DNA of 64,000 bases from the human T2T-CHM13v2.0 reference genome, Homo sapiens. The stretch is taken from NCBI RefSeq assembly GCF_009914755.1, contig NC_060936.1; one strand, 5' to 3'. The position numbers and the translations under genes were made by a program. The number at the start of each line of letters is the position of its first letter. Within the stretch, counting starts at the first letter, position 1. The notes under the pieces are model-generated. The model was given only the letters and a program-made list of their open reading frames with translations, was not told the DNA's origin and made no database searches. Positions 28,341-42,999 of this stretch are shown piece by piece.

Positions 28341-28754
28341 TGATACAGTTTGGATGTTTATCCCCTTGAAATCTCATGGAATCACCAGTGTTGGAGGTGG
28401 GGCCTAGTGGGAAGTATTTGTGTCATGGAGGTGGATCCCTCATGAATAGCTTGGTGCTCTCCCCATAGTAATGACTGAGTATTTGCTCCGTTAGTTGCCA
28501 CAAGATCTGACTGTTAAAAGGAGCCTAGCACTTTCTCCTCTCTCTCTCTCTCTCTCTCTCGCTCCCTCTCTTGCCATGTGACTCACTGGCTTCATTTCTC
28601 TTCCACCGTGAGTAAAAGCATCCTCAGGCCTCACCAGAACCAGATGCTGGCACCGTTCTTCCTGTACAGCCAGCAAAATCGTGAATTAAATAAACCTCTT
28701 TTCTTTATGAATTATCTAGCCTCAGGTGTTCCTTTACAGCAACACACTAATATA
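28341..28754 (-). mobile_element. MST/MLT1A-like MaLR LTR with (CT)n microsatellite
   Basis: tgatacagtttggat...gttggaggtggggcctagtggga...taaacctcttttctttat...actaatata. Confidence 0.85.
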
Positions 28755-29541
28755 ATTTGCTCACTGATCTCATTGTCTCCTTGGTTCTCTTTTAATTTTA
28801 TCTAATGTAAACTGATGATTTTCATAAAAACAGTGATGTAATTATTTTCCTAGCTCAAAATGCTTAATAAGTGCCAAAAATGTTTCTCTTCTTGAAAACC
28901 TAGTGATTTCAAATACAGTCTTTTGCATAAAACCTTTCATGATCTAATTATCATGCCCATTATTATTTTTTATATTTTTCTCTTGCAATAAACTTATTCT
29001 GCTAGATTTTGGGTAATGTGTAAATTTATGATAGTGTCTTCACATTATCAGAAGAGTTTTTGAAGAAGGGGGTTGTATTTTACTGATCTGTTTATTCTGA
29101 GGAGTCTTATCGAATGTGTTGATAAAAACTTATTGAAAGAAAACCATCACTTACTGAACTGATTTATGTGAATTAAATGGTATGACATGGTGAGAAAACA
29201 ATTGTAACACAAAACCCATTTTACAAACATTATTGTAATTTTTACAATGCCTAACAGTGTTTCGAGCCAATACATTATATTCTGTGAATAAACATACTCA
29301 AATAAATACAACTTTCCTAGGTTGCAAACTTCTTTATGTTCTCAGAATGGAAACCCTAGGTATTATGTGACACTTCAGTTTGAGATTAAAGTTGTTATCC
29401 CAGTACTAAAAATTGAAAGCCATTGGTTGGGTTGTCAGCTTTAACTATTGTTTACAAATATATGTTATGAGAATCATATATAATTAACATAATATTTTTG
29501 ATATTTGAGTATAGTCATATTTATTATTATCATATGTTCAG

Positions 29542-29616
29542 CAAGAACAGGACAAGATGAATGATGAACTCTATAAAGAAGAGAAAATTTGGAAAGAGAA
29601 ATTTAAACAGCATGAG
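29542..29616 (+). CDS. LRRIQ1: LRRIQ1 exon 7 (QEQDKMNDELYKEEKIWKEKFKQHE)
   Basis: gttcag|CAA...GAG|gtatct; 75 nt, phase 0/0. Confidence 0.9.
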
Positions 29617-30932
29617 GTATCTATTTGTTGTTTTTATTTAGCACATTAAGCTTTCTTTATTTGAAATACATTACTATGCTTGAAATGGTTATTTTTAGAT
29701 AATGCTGCCTAAGTAGTATAAGATTTTAGTTTATTACAGCATTAAAAATTTATTAATCCTCAGAAACACTCCTTGAAATAGAATGTCTTAAAAATGAGAG
29801 TTAGCTGGTTTGGTGAGTGTTGTCCGTATAAAATTGTAATTCTAACATTTCTTTTAAGGTTTGATGAAATGTACCATTTTGAATATTTCTTTATGTTCAA
29901 AGATTGTTATGAAAGCTTACTCTTTTTCCTAAACACAATTAAATTTGTTTTGAATATAAGATTATTCTGATGATACATATACTGATGTTTTAGTTTTTAT
30001 TTACTCTAGAGTTTTCATATACAATTATTTTAAGTAATTACAAATTTAAAGTAGATATCTCCATAATCCTGTTATTTAGCTAAACATTATCCTTTTTTGT
30101 ATTCCTTTCAAATCTTTTTAAAATTTATATAAACCCGCTCCTGCAAAAGTAGGTGTCTACTACACATTGTCAAATTAAAAAGCTGGTTAAGCATGTAAAG
30201 AGACAGAGTCATATGAATGACAAGTGACAAAAAAAGACAATAATAGCTCACCTATAGATAATCCAAATGGTAAGTATAGTAGAGCTGTTAAAATACCTAT
30301 AATTATCATCCAGTAGCAAAATACTTAAACAGGTGATGTGAAAAGAAAAATAGCATCTATAATGAAGTACCAACTCTACATTCTAGAGTTTAAAAAATTC
30401 AGTATATAAAATTAAAATTTAGTGGGTGAATTTGATTGGACATAGCAGATGACACCATTAGTGAAATGAGACAGTTCAATAGAAAATATCCAAATTAAAG
30501 CACAGAGAAGAAAAAAAATTGCAAGAAGAGGAAAACAGCACAAGAAATATGTGACACATGGTGAAAAGATATAAAATTTGTATCATATCTTGAGAGGAGA
30601 CAGAGAATGGGGCAGAAGCAAAGAGGTAAAGAGATAATGGTTAAAAAGATTTCAAATTGTTTTTAAAAAATCAACCAGCATATTCAAAGATGAAAAATAA
30701 TTTCCAAGTAGGATAAATACAAAGAAAATGCTACCTTGGAATAAATAATACAATTATTGAAATTCAAAACAAAGGAAAAATAAAGTCTTAGAAGCATCTG
30801 GAGGATAAAAGACGCATTACCTAAAAAGGAGTAACAGTAAAACAAATAGCCATCTTTAAGTAAAATGATGGAAGAAAGAAGACGATTCAAAAAACGTAAG
30901 TATTCAATGATAATGGTTTCTTTGTTTATTAG

Positions 30933-31310
<378 letters not shown>

Positions 31311-32911
31311 TAAAAATGAATGGTCAGTTTCTTCGGGTGTGGAATACAGATTTATTACCACCCTTAACAATGTAAAGATATGACTTTGTTGCATATTTAT
31401 TTTTGCCTGTGCTATCTATGATTGCAAATTTGATGCCTTTTCCTTACATTCTTTTGAAGCTTTAGGATTTTTCATTTTATACATTCATCCACACATATTT
31501 ACTGGTTTTCTACTAGGTCAGGCACTTCTCTGAGTGTTTAAGATATGACAGTACATAAAATTGAAAATAATCCCTACTTTCAAATGCGATACACAATTTC
31601 CAAGGAGGAGAGATACAAAGAAAATCACACCTTGGAATTAAATAGTACTATTCAAATTCAAGACAAAGGAAAAATAGTGTTGGAAGCATCCAGAGGCAAA
31701 AAGACACACCACCTAAAAAGGAGCACAGTAAAACTAACAGCTTACATTCCCCAGAGGTCTGAAATATTGCTAGCATCTGTCTAAGTGTGTTGTGTATGTG
31801 TGCATGCAATGTTCGGTCTTTCTCCCATGGCTTTTTGTTGTTGTTTTTAAGAAAACGTATTTTTCTATTATTTTCTTCCCTTCAGTTTTTCTCAGTTCTT
31901 TATTCAGGAACTCCTACTAGTCATATGTTGGAGTTTCTGTGTTAATCTTCTTTACCTCCGACATATAATTTTTATCTTTGTTATTATTTGTTGTTTGGGG
32001 AAAACATCTCATTTTGAAGTTTTTTTTTAAGTAATCAGCTATCCAGCCATTCTATTTTGATTATTGGTTTAAGTAAGTCGTTTTTATTTGAACACTTGAA
32101 ATATGAGGTTATTCCTGTTTAAATATTTTTTCTAAAATATCTTTATTTAAATTTTTATCTAGTTTATTTAATAGTTTGATTTTCTCAGAAATTGGTTCTT
32201 CCTTCTGCTGATTAAAATATAGTCTCATATCCTTTTTGTTAGTTTCCGTTAGATATTTGCTCAATTTTGTTGATCTTCTTACTTTTGGTTTAGGACTCTA
32301 GTAAAAATAATATTTTCTCACCTAACTCTAAATATTTCATTAAATGCAGTAGTATGTGGTTATCAACTATTTTGATCATTGAGAAGGGATAAGATATGTG
32401 AGTAGGCTGGTTCTGTATATTGTTTGTATGTAGGGACTATCTGGCTTTCTTGGTACCATAAGTTTCACAAAATAATTCCTGTTTTTGCAGTCTCAATACT
32501 AGCTCTGAGTCTTCTTTATCAGAACTCTCATTCCAGAAAGTTTGAAGTCCTTTTCTTTTACGTGGTTTTTAGCCTGTGGTTTCCCTTTTGTTGTTGTTGT
32601 TGTTTGCTTGCTTATTCTGTGTCTTTCTGATTTTATATGCTTTCTATCTTCAAGGAAATCTTCAATTCATATCTGGGTGGCTTAGAATACATGTAACATT
32701 AGAGTATCAACTTAACATGATTCAATCTCCTAAATATTAAAAAAGTAATACCCTTTAAGATAAATGACTTTAGTTTCTCTAAATAAATTTTATAGAAACT
32801 TTATTAAGACTTCAGTTTTAGTATTTGTTTTCAATCTACATTTCAGATGACATTTTAGTAACATCTCATGTTTAGTTTATGCTGACTACCATGTATCTTA
32901 CTTTGTTTTAG

Positions 32912-34549
32912 GAGTATATTAGAAACTTGCATTTACAAATGGAAGAAGAAAGAACAAGATTTAAAGACCAACAAGAAAAAGAAAAAAATTCTTTGTTAAA
33001 ACAGCAGAATAATGCAGCTGTTAAAATTCAAGCTAAATATAAAGCATTTGTAGCCTATCAAAAATATGGCCCAATTATTAAAGAGCAAATTGAAAGTAAG
33101 AAAAGGAAAGCACAAGAGTGGAAGGAAAAGGAAGCAAAAATACGACAAAAGGAGGAAGAAAATCGAAAAAGATTAGAGGAGGAACAAAGGATAAAAGAAG
33201 AGAGAAAAAAGCAAAAGGAAGAGGAAAGGAAAAGGAGAGAAAAAGAATATGAAGAAAAAAAGAATATTGTGAAACAGGAAAGAGAGCAACTAATAAGCAA
33301 GGAAAAAATAATATTAAGAGAAGATGCAAGCCAACAGCTAATAATAAGTAGTGCATTAAAGAAGAGCGGATATAATAACAAACATTTAAGTCTTGAAGAT
33401 ATTTCAAATGATAAGGGTGATATAGCCAAAAATCTAGTGGATGAAAATTCAAAGAAGCAGGAAGATGTTCTCCTTTGGCTAGTTGAGGAATCAAATATGA
33501 AAGAAAATGTAGATAGACAGACTATATTAAAAGAATCAATACAAGTAAAGTTAAAAGAATCTATATCAAGCCAAACAATTCTGGCAGATTTTAAAATGGA
33601 AGAAAAAAATGAAAACCTAGCAAAAAAACGATGTTCAGAAGAATTGGTCAAGCAAGAAAGAAAATATGAAAATACAGATAACAAAACTGAATTGGGAAAC
33701 TCTGATCTAAAAGGAAATCTGAAAGAACAGTTTCCATTGCAAGAATTAAAGTCTGATGCACAAAAAGAAGAAAAAATCATGAAACATGTCATAAATGAGA
33801 ATACAGGACAAAAAACCCAGATAATATTAGGACATAACCAAGAAATCAGTGAGGTGAAAACCAATGAAGAGCAGAAAATAATCAAAGATAATCAGCAGAA
33901 AAAGATACAAAAAGTAGAAAAAGAAGAGATACAAGAACAGAATGGATTATTATATAAAGATAAGGATACTTTAGTTATTTCAGTGAAACAAAGATCACTC
34001 TCACTAACATCAGAAAATTCCAAAGATGTAAGAGAAAACGTAATATTACAAGAAAAAGAAATTTATTCAAAATCCAAAGAAATTGAGGAGAACCCAAAAG
34101 ACAATGCTTGGAATAGTGGCATTGTGATTTTTAACACAACTGATACCATGATAAATATAGAAGGCAAAAGAAATGACCAAGATTATGTGTTAGGTAGACA
34201 TGCTCCTTGTGAGGGCTTGAGTAACTATAATGCAGAAAGCTCCATGGTATCTAAAGAAGTCAACTCTCTTAAATCTGAGATTAGAAATATTTCAGAAAAA
34301 TGCCATGAAAATGCACCTGAACCTGATAGCATGACCTGCTGTGTATCAGAGTCAACCCTTCTATATTCTATTGAAGAAAGGAGACTAGCCTGGATAAAAT
34401 CATTTAAACCTTGGCTTGAAATTTTCAAGCAAAATCAACAAAAGAAAATTGTTAGAAGAAAGAGACCTGTGAAATGCCCAGCCAACATGACACCCGCTTT
34501 GGATAAACTGGAAATTCTTCGATGTGGCCCTTGGGATACTTTACAGCAG
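32912..34549 (+). CDS. LRRIQ1: LRRIQ1 exon 8, large E/K-rich exon with IQ motif (AAVKIQAKYKAFVAYQKY) and charged helical region
   Basis: tgttttag|GAG...CAG|gtattt; 1638 nt = 546 codons; overlaps ORF 32927..34567. Confidence 0.97.
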
Positions 34550-36074
34550 GTATTTCTAATTTTATAATAATTTTTCACATTTAATTACAATTAGCTCTTT
34601 AAACTATAACTTTTCAGATCTTAGAAAAAGAAATATTTTGTATACAAGAATTGTCTCTTGTTTAATAAAGTTATGAATGAAATATTACCCCATTTGGGAG
34701 GGGATATATCTCAACAAATTGTTCGAGGCATCTTCCCTAAGTGACACTCTATAAAAAGCTTTGATTTATATTTTTTAATATCTTGAAGCCTGTGTTCAAG
34801 GGCCCTCCAGTCATTATTTAAACCTCTAAGAATGGAAGCATATAGAAAGTTAGGGTTAGAATTATAGTAGGAAACTCCTAAGTAAACAGAAGTTTGCTTT
34901 AGACTTGAGCCACCACACCACCTAGTGGCTGCTTTTGGAATAAAGTGGATTTTATGTCCATGACCACTGTTGTGAAAGAAGGGCTTGCATGATAGAAGAC
35001 CCTGAAGACCCTAGAATTCCCATCTAGCAACAATTATTTAGCGTGTGCTATTTAAAGGTGGTGCATATATGTCTGAAATGTAAAATAGTTGTCATCAAAT
35101 GTTACTAATTTTATATGGTTATGGAGAACATAGTTTCAACCAAAATTAAGACACAGAAACTAATAAACGTATAGAAAAAGAGAAAATAATATTTTAAACA
35201 GTGTAACACTAGAAAGCACTTATGATTAAAATACATATATTTAGCTAAGGCCTGAAAGTCAAAAGTATTCAATAAAGTTTATTTAGTTTCTTGATAGACT
35301 TTCTTGCTAGACAGATGCCTAGGAGAAAGAACAATCATATTAATAGATAAACATTATTTTGTTTATTCACTCAGCAAATATTCATCTATCCAATAAGATG
35401 ATCAATATTTATTGGTTGACTAATAAACAAAGAAAACCCAGTCTTTTACGGAGCTTAAACACACATAAATACGTTATTATGGATCTTGAGAATTGCTGTA
35501 AATAAGGCTTCAGAGTATCCTGTGAGAGAATAATAAAATAGTGGGATTTTGAAGATATTTCTGGTATATGAAATAGCAATATAAGAGATGAGAACTGGGA
35601 CATACACTTTTAAGTGTCTTTTATTTCCTGGGTAATGTATTTGCCACATCTGTCAGGTCTGCAGAGCTACATATAGAATCTCTCATCTGCTCTTCTCCAA
35701 TTTTTTCCTTGCGCATGTTATCTCTGGAATCATGTTTTAGCACTTTTCTTTCTCTAACATATTGCTGCAGGCCTTCCAATATGATAACATTAGCAATTAT
35801 TTAGTTTTCCTCATGAGTATCTGTTAAAGCTAGGCACGAGTGATGGCTTCATGCCTACAGTGTACTTGCTTCAAAAGTGAAAATGAAGTTACAGAAACAG
35901 TAGTGTTCCTCCCTTGCTTTGTAGGTCTCTGTTCTGTCCAATGAGAAGGAAGTTAAGATGTGTGAGCCTCTTTCTCCTTGGCATTTCTTCTCCAGCTGAC
36001 TCTCTGTTCCTTCTTTCGAACGTTTGTCAATTTACATAAAATGATAATTAACTCTTTCTTTTACTTCTTAGAGC

Positions 36075-36240
36075 AAGGCCTGGCAAACTATTAAAATCTA
36101 TAGAATACCTGAAGCTTTGTAGAAATGTGGATTCTGATTCAATAGGTCTGGTGATCCACCCATTCTCCATTCTTGCAATGATTCTAAATGATGATGTTGG
36201 TGCTGGTGAGTGGACTAATCTGAGTAGCAGTGTTCTAAAG
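36075..36240. mobile_element. MER5-like DNA transposon remnant
   Basis: attctgattcaataggtctgg...gatgttggtgctgg...ctgagtagcagtgttcta. Confidence 0.65.
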
Positions 36241-36698
36241 GGCACCATAATCCTCTCATCCCTTCTTAAAGCAACTATCTCAAGCTTTTAATTTAGCTTT
36301 GAAGCATCAAATAGGCAGTATAAAGATGAAAAATACATGTGAATGTGCCATATAGATGCTAAAATGTTAAGAAAATATCATCTTTTGTTACCAGACAACT
36401 CCTGTAAAGATTCTGTTTGGTAGATGGCTTACCATGGTGTCTTTATTCACCACTGTTACTACTGATCCATGGCTCAGTTTCTTTTTGACTTTCTGATCTT
36501 TTAGCTTCAGATCTTTATCCTTATCCTGATCACTCACTGCCATCCTTGGGATGTCCTTCTGGAGATCAACTTAGAAAAGTTTATTGTCTCCCAGTAATGC
36601 ATTCATTTTGCTTACATTAATCTCTTACTTTGAGACTTCAAGACATAAATCGGATCTTCGTGTTGTTCATACTTCTTTACACATTGCCAGGCAAATAA

Positions 36699-37015
36699 AG
36701 ATACTCCTCAAGTTACAATGAAGTTACATCCAGATAAACCTACATAGCTTACAACTGGGCAAAATCATCTGGCAACGTGGTACACTGTAGAGTATTTGTT
36801 GTTTACCCTCATGATCATGTGACTGACTGGGAGATGCAGCTCCCTGCCGTTGCCTGACATTGTGAGAAATGATCATACTTTATATTGCTAGCTTGGGAAA
36901 AGATCAAAATTCAAAATTTGAAGTATGGTTTCAACTAAATGTCTATTGATCTCACACCATCATAAAATTTAAAAAAAATTCTACGCTAAACTATCTCTTG
37001 TCAGGAACTATCTGT
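36699..37015. mobile_element. Tigger-derived MITE, MER47-like
   Basis: Ends agatactcctcaagttacaatg / tcaggaactatctgta; internal tgactgggagatgcagct. Confidence 0.75.
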
Positions 37016-37106
37016 AATGACTTTCATTACCTGATTATAGGATGGATGAGTGGGGGGATGAATCAATTGATGAATAAAGAATTCCAGTCGAAATATTTAA
37101 TGTAGA

Positions 37107-37230
37107 GGACGGGTTGATGGGTGCAGCAAACCACCATGGCACGTGGCACGTGTATACCTATATAACAAAACCGCATGTTCTGCACATGTATCCCATGTAT
37201 ACATGTAACCTAAAGTATAATTAAAAAAAA
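37107..37230 (+). mobile_element. Short L1PA 3' end
   Basis: gggttgatgggtgcagcaaaccaccatggcacg...taaagtataattaaaaaaa. Confidence 0.9.
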
Positions 37231-39568
37231 GAACTGCAATTGAATGTTAATCTTATCTCCTCATTACTACCAGTTTCACAGTTTAGATAAAGTATATTGA
37301 CTGAAGAGGAAATGAATGTAAAATTACTGAAGTGTAGCTTATTAGACTACTAAGTTCTATGTTAAGACTGTTTCTAATTTTATTTCTGCCACTTATGGCT
37401 GTGACACCTTATGCAAATGCTTGACCTGTATGAGCCTCAGTTTTGTCTTTCACAAACTGGAACAGCAATATCTATTATATAGGATCACTGAGTTTTAAAA
37501 TGCTGTATGTAAAGAACATGGCCCAGGGCTTCTAATACCACTTGTCAAATGTGGGTCTCAAGCAAGCAAAGAGAAGGCAAATGGATTGTTTTCGAGGGCT
37601 GCTTAATAGCCCGTTTCATCAAAAAAGTTATAAAGTTGAAAATACTAGACCATTGGGTTATATGCAGTAATATCTCAAAAGAGAAGACTAAAGAGCAATA
37701 ATTATGGGTAATGAATATATTTTTATTTTTTATTTTTAAATGTTTTAACTATTTTTTATTTTTGGCATTTTGCTACTAATGGTAACTTGTATTAAGTAAT
37801 AACCACCACAAAAAAGGGCACTGAGCTTAAGGATTTTTAAATATTTCTTTATACCATAACGTGAATAATAATATTTTAGCTGCTTATTAACTTTTAGATC
37901 AAGAAGTCTCACTTCTCTTATACAAAGTAAATTGTAATGAACTGCTATTGGAATAATAGGTGACATACCTGAAATTGTTTTGTAGCTGTTTTATTCAAAC
38001 CACTAATCAAACCTTGGACTCAGTCCCTTTGCAGCTGATTTTTAAAACAATATTATTTTTCCCTGCCAAATAGATTTGAGATTGGACCACTGAATAAATG
38101 TTCTGAAAAAGTAAAAAAAAAATAAAATAGACTTGTTGCTTGCATTACTTTTGTAATTACGTTTACCATAGATGACTGACACTTCTTAGGTTGAACTCAA
38201 GAATAATTGAGAATAAAATCTCTAAATGTATGTTGCTGAGTTAGGGAATTTTATCTACAATGGGCTGTAAAGGATTTGGGAAAATACAGATGATTAAGTA
38301 GAAAATTGATTTGGAATCTGTTATTAAAATATAATGAGAGTTTCATAGCTTCTATAGGTGGAATAGTTCATTCTCAAGTCATGAGAGTCTGAAAGTATAA
38401 CTTTTTCAAATGTTTTTACATAATTCTTTATAAGAAAAAGGAAGTAAAGTATGAGAGCTATAAATATAGTTGAGTTTTGCCACAGGCTAGGGAAGTTCAT
38501 TCATTTATTTATTTTAAGAAACATTTACCCAACACCCATTATGCTCCAATTGCTGTTTTTCTAGTTGACCATACAGTAATGAACACATACGATTACTAAT
38601 TCTATATTGACCTTAATTTCGAAGCATAAAGTGGTTTTATGTATGTGGCTCCTGTCATACATGTATCCATAATTAATACAAAAATTTATTTTGATCTCAT
38701 GTATTTGGAAAAATCTGTGGTCGAGTAGGGGACTATATTGCTATACTATAAAGATTTTTTTTAAATGTTCAATGAAAAGAGCTTCAATTAAAGGAGGAAA
38801 TAGGAAGCTCCTCATATTCAAAAGTAAATACCACTAACAAGGATACTGTAGCAGTTACTTCTGTACTATAATAAGATTAAAGGACAGAAATTGCCACATC
38901 ATAAATAACTAGAACTTAATTGTGCTTGTATAGTTGATTGAAAGCAACATGTTACTAAATCACACTGAATAATATAAATTATAATGTTGAGTAGCATTTG
39001 TTACTATACAGCTGTAATTGTTGAATTTTCAATTCTTGAGTGCTCAATTCTAAATAATGTTTTCATTTTTAGTGTAGAGCCAGTTTTCCAATTACAGAAT
39101 GTATATCTGTTTGTTACAGATTAACTAGGCAGTATATAGAAGTTATCTCCCTACAAATTGATGAGTATATTTTCTTTCTGAAAAAATTATTAAAAATAAA
39201 TTTGTTTCAAAATTGCTTTAGATTATGAATAGTTGAGACATTCTTAAAATGATTTTGAAACTAGAAGTCTTATTTATCTGAAGTTTTAATTATTGCTTTT
39301 GGTACTTAAAATGGAGTGGTCTAATTCCTTTCTTTATATCACCATGAACACATGGTCCTTCAATTTACTTACATAAATATGTAAATTTAAAACTTTTAGT
39401 TCAATTTAATGCACAGGAAATGTTCCGTACAAAGAGGAGTTACTGCATTCTAAAATTTTGTACTTTTTCAGTGTTTTTTGAAATAATAGTGCTTCCAATT
39501 TTAATATAATGTTTTTATAATTTTAAGTATGGTATACACAAGAATATTCCTATCAAGCTAATGATTTT

Positions 39569-40733
39569 TAACTTTTACTTTAAGTTCAAGGGTACAAATG
39601 CAGCTTTGTTATAAAGGTATATTGCATGATGCTGAAGTTTGGAGCATGATTGAACCTGTCACCCAGGTAGTGAGCATAGTACCCAGTAGGTAGTTTTTCG
39701 ACTCTTGTCCCCTTCCTTTCACCACTTCGTGTTTTCCCCAGTGTCTGTTGTTCCTATTTTTATGTCCTTGTTTACCCAATTTTTAGTTCCCACTTATAAA
39801 TGAGAATATGTGGTATTTGGTTTTCTGTTTCTGTGTTAGTTGGCTTGGGATAGTGGTTTCCACTTGCAACCATGTTGCTGCGAAAGGCATGATTTCATTT
39901 TTTATGGCTATATGTTATTCCAGGCTATATATGTACTACTTTTTTTTTTTTTAATCTAATCCACTGTTGATGAGCATCTGGGTTGATTCCATGTCTTTGG
40001 TATTGTGAATGGTGCTGCGATGAACATACCGATATATGTGTCTTTTTGGTAGAATGGTTTATTTTTCTTTTGATATATATCCAGTAATGGGATAGGTGGG
40101 TTGAATGGTGGTTCAACTCTTAGTTCTTTGAAAAATCTCCAAACCGCTTTCCACAGTGGCTTAACTAATTTATATCTCTACCAACAATGAACAGGTGTTC
40201 CCTTTTCTCTGTAACCTCACCAACATCTATTATTTTTTGACTTTTTAGCAAAAGCCATTCTAATTGGTGTGAGATGGTATCTCATTGTGGTTTTTATTTG
40301 CATTTCTCTGATGAGTAGTGGTGTTGAGCATTTTTTCTTATGTTTGTTGGCCACGTGTATGTCTTCTTTCAAAACATCTCTGTTCATGTTCTTTGCCCAC
40401 TTCTTCATGGGGTTATTTGCTTTTTACTTGCTGATTTAAGTTCCTTGTAGATGCTGCATATTATATGTTTGTCCGGTGCATAGTCTACAGATTTTTTTTC
40501 CCATTCTGTAGGTTGTCTGTTTACTCTTTTAATAGTTTCTCTAGCCGTGCAGAAGCTCTCTAGTTTAATTAGGCCCCACTTGTCAATTTTTTTTTTTTGT
40601 TGCAATTGCTTTTGAGGACTTAGCCATACATTATTTGCCAAAGGTGACATAAAGAAGGGTATTTCCCATAAAAATTAATTTAAGATAGATGAAAGACTTA
40701 AATAGAAGACCTCAAACTATGAAAATCCTACAA
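39569..40733 (-). mobile_element. Older L1 (L1PB-like), 5'-truncated with terminal inversion
   Basis: Antisense ORF2 remnants; inverted piece about 40668-40733; TSD aagctaatgatttt. Confidence 0.92.
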
Positions 40734-40747
40734 AAGCTAATGATTTT

Positions 40748-42319
40748 ATTTAATCTAATTTTTAACTTTTGTGGGTACATAGTAGGTATATATATATTTA
40801 TGGGACACATGATATATTTTGATTCAGGCATACAATGCATAATAATCACATTATAGTAGATGGGGTATCCATTATCTCAAGTATTTACCCTTTCTTTGTG
40901 TTACAAATAATCCAGTTATACTCTTAGTCATTTTAAAATGTACAATAAATTATTATTGACTTTAGTCACCCTATTGTGCTATCAAATACTAGATCATATT
41001 CATTTATCTTATTATATTTTGTACCCATTCATCATCTCCACTTCCCTCAACCCCACCCCACTACCATTCCAGCCTCTGGTAACCATCATTTGACTTTCTA
41101 ATCCTATGAGTTCAATTGTTTTATTTTTAGTTCCCACAAATAAGCGAGGATATGCAAAGTTTGTCTATCTGTACTGGTTTATTTCACTTAATGACTTCCA
41201 ATTTTATCTATATTGTTGCAAATGGCAGGATCTCATTGTTTTTGATGGCTGAATAGTGCTCCATGGTGTATATGTACCACTTTTTCTCTATTCATTTCTC
41301 TGTTGATGAACACTTAGGTTGCTTCTAAATCTTGACTGTTGTGCAGAGTACTGCCGTAAAAATGAGGGTACAGATAACTCTTCATTATACTGATTTCATT
41401 TCTTTCGGCTATATACCTAGCAGCAGTATTGCTGGAACATATGGTAGCTCAGTTGTTTGAGGAATCTCCAAACTGTTCTCCACGGTGGCTGTACTAATTC
41501 ACATTCCCACCAACAGTGTAAGAGGTTCCCTTTTCTCCACATCCTCTCCAGCATTTGCCTGACTTTTGCACATAAGCCATTTTAACTGGGGTGAGTTGAT
41601 ATCTCATTGTCGTTTTGATTTACATTTATCTGATGATCAGTGATAATAAGCATCTTTTCAGATGACTGTTTGCCATTTATATATTTTCTTGAGAAATATC
41701 TATTCAGATCTTTTGCCCATTTTAGATTGGATTATGAGACTTTTTCCTATTGAGTTGTTTGAGCTTCTTATATATTCCGGTTACTAATCCCTTGTCAGAT
41801 GGATAGTTTGCAAGTATTATTCCCTTTCTGTGGACTGTCTCTCCACTTTGTTGATTGTTTCCTTTGCTGTACAGAAGCTTTTTAACTTGATGTAATTCCA
41901 TTTGTCCATTTTTGCCTTGGTTGCCTGTGTTTGTAGGGTATTACTCAAGAAATATTTGCCCAGTCCTGTGTCCTGGAGAGTTTCCCCAATTAAAAAAATA
42001 TATTATCAGTTTCATAGTTTGGGGTCTTAGATTTAAGTATGTTTAATCTATTTTAATTTGATTTTTGTGTGTGGTAAGAGATGGGGGTCTAGTTTCATTT
42101 TTCTGCATATGGATATCCAGTGTTTTCCAGCACCATTATTGAAGAGGCTGGCCTTTCTCCAATGTATGTTCTTGGCACCTTTGTCGAAAATGAGTTAACT
42201 GTAGATGTATGAATTTGTTTTTGCGTTCTCTGTGCTGTTTCATTGGTCTGTGTGTCTGTTTTTATGCCAGTACCATGCTGTTTTGATTACTACAGCTGTG
42301 TAGTATAATTTGAAGTCCA
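40748..42319 (-). mobile_element. L1MA-like 3' fragment
   Basis: ttttgtgggtacatagtaggtatatat 3' UTR, then antisense ORF2. Confidence 0.9.
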
Positions 42320-42627
42320 TACCACTTTAAAAATCAAAAATTGTTGAAAACTCAGGGAGTGAGCTAATACATGATTATGTTGTTGCTTTTATGTATCTTA
42401 CCTTTGGACTTGAATTTGTCATAGATGATTGCAATATTTTGTCCTTGTATGTGGGGAACAAAAGAGGCCAGATAGCTTAACAAATTGAGTTGTTAATAAA
42501 TGTAGGCTTCAACATATAGTATTACTTTTCTTAAATGAATTTTCTAAACAGTTTTGTAAGGCTAATATTGTTTATATTCAGTTTTGTTAAATAACACTAC
42601 ACACTCCAATTTTCTTGGTTCCTCTAG

Positions 42628-42780
42628 GTTACAACAGTTACATTTCAAGATTTGCCAGGCTGTGTTCTCTCCACACTGGCAGAGTGTACAAATCTTCAGT
42701 TTCTATCCCTTCGACGCTGTGGATTAACTTCTTTGCACAGCCTGAGTAATTGTAAAAAACTTAAGTACATTGATGCACAG
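42628..42780 (+). CDS. LRRIQ1: LRRIQ1 exon 9, first LRRs (VTTVTFQDLPGCVLSTLAECTNLQFLSLRRCGLTSLHSLSNCKKLKYIDAQ)
   Basis: cctctag|GTT...CAG|gtatgc; 153 nt, phase 0/0; LxxLxLxxCxL pattern. Confidence 0.94.
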
Positions 42781-42999
42781 GTATGCTCTCTGCCCTACTG
42801 TTATTTATTTTATAATAAAATATAAAATGGATTTATGTTTACATTTCAGAAATGACCCTTTTGAAGAAACAATTACTAAACTAACCTGTAACTCAGAGCC
42901 TGAAGAGATCAGGTGGTATGGTAAAGTTTTGAGAAGCAGAGAGGGAAGTTTATTGGATGATACAACCTAAAATGACCTATCTCTTTTTGTAGCTAATAT

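Noticed and set aside
29617-29626. Donor gtatctattt resembling a U12 5' splice site
   Set aside because: Lacks GTATCCTT, and no U12-type TCCTTAAC branch site near the acceptor at 32911
33058-33885. 275-aa and 138-aa antisense ORFs over exon 8
   Set aside because: Shadow of A-rich E/K codons, giving F/S/L-rich stop-poor reverse frames; no independent gene signals
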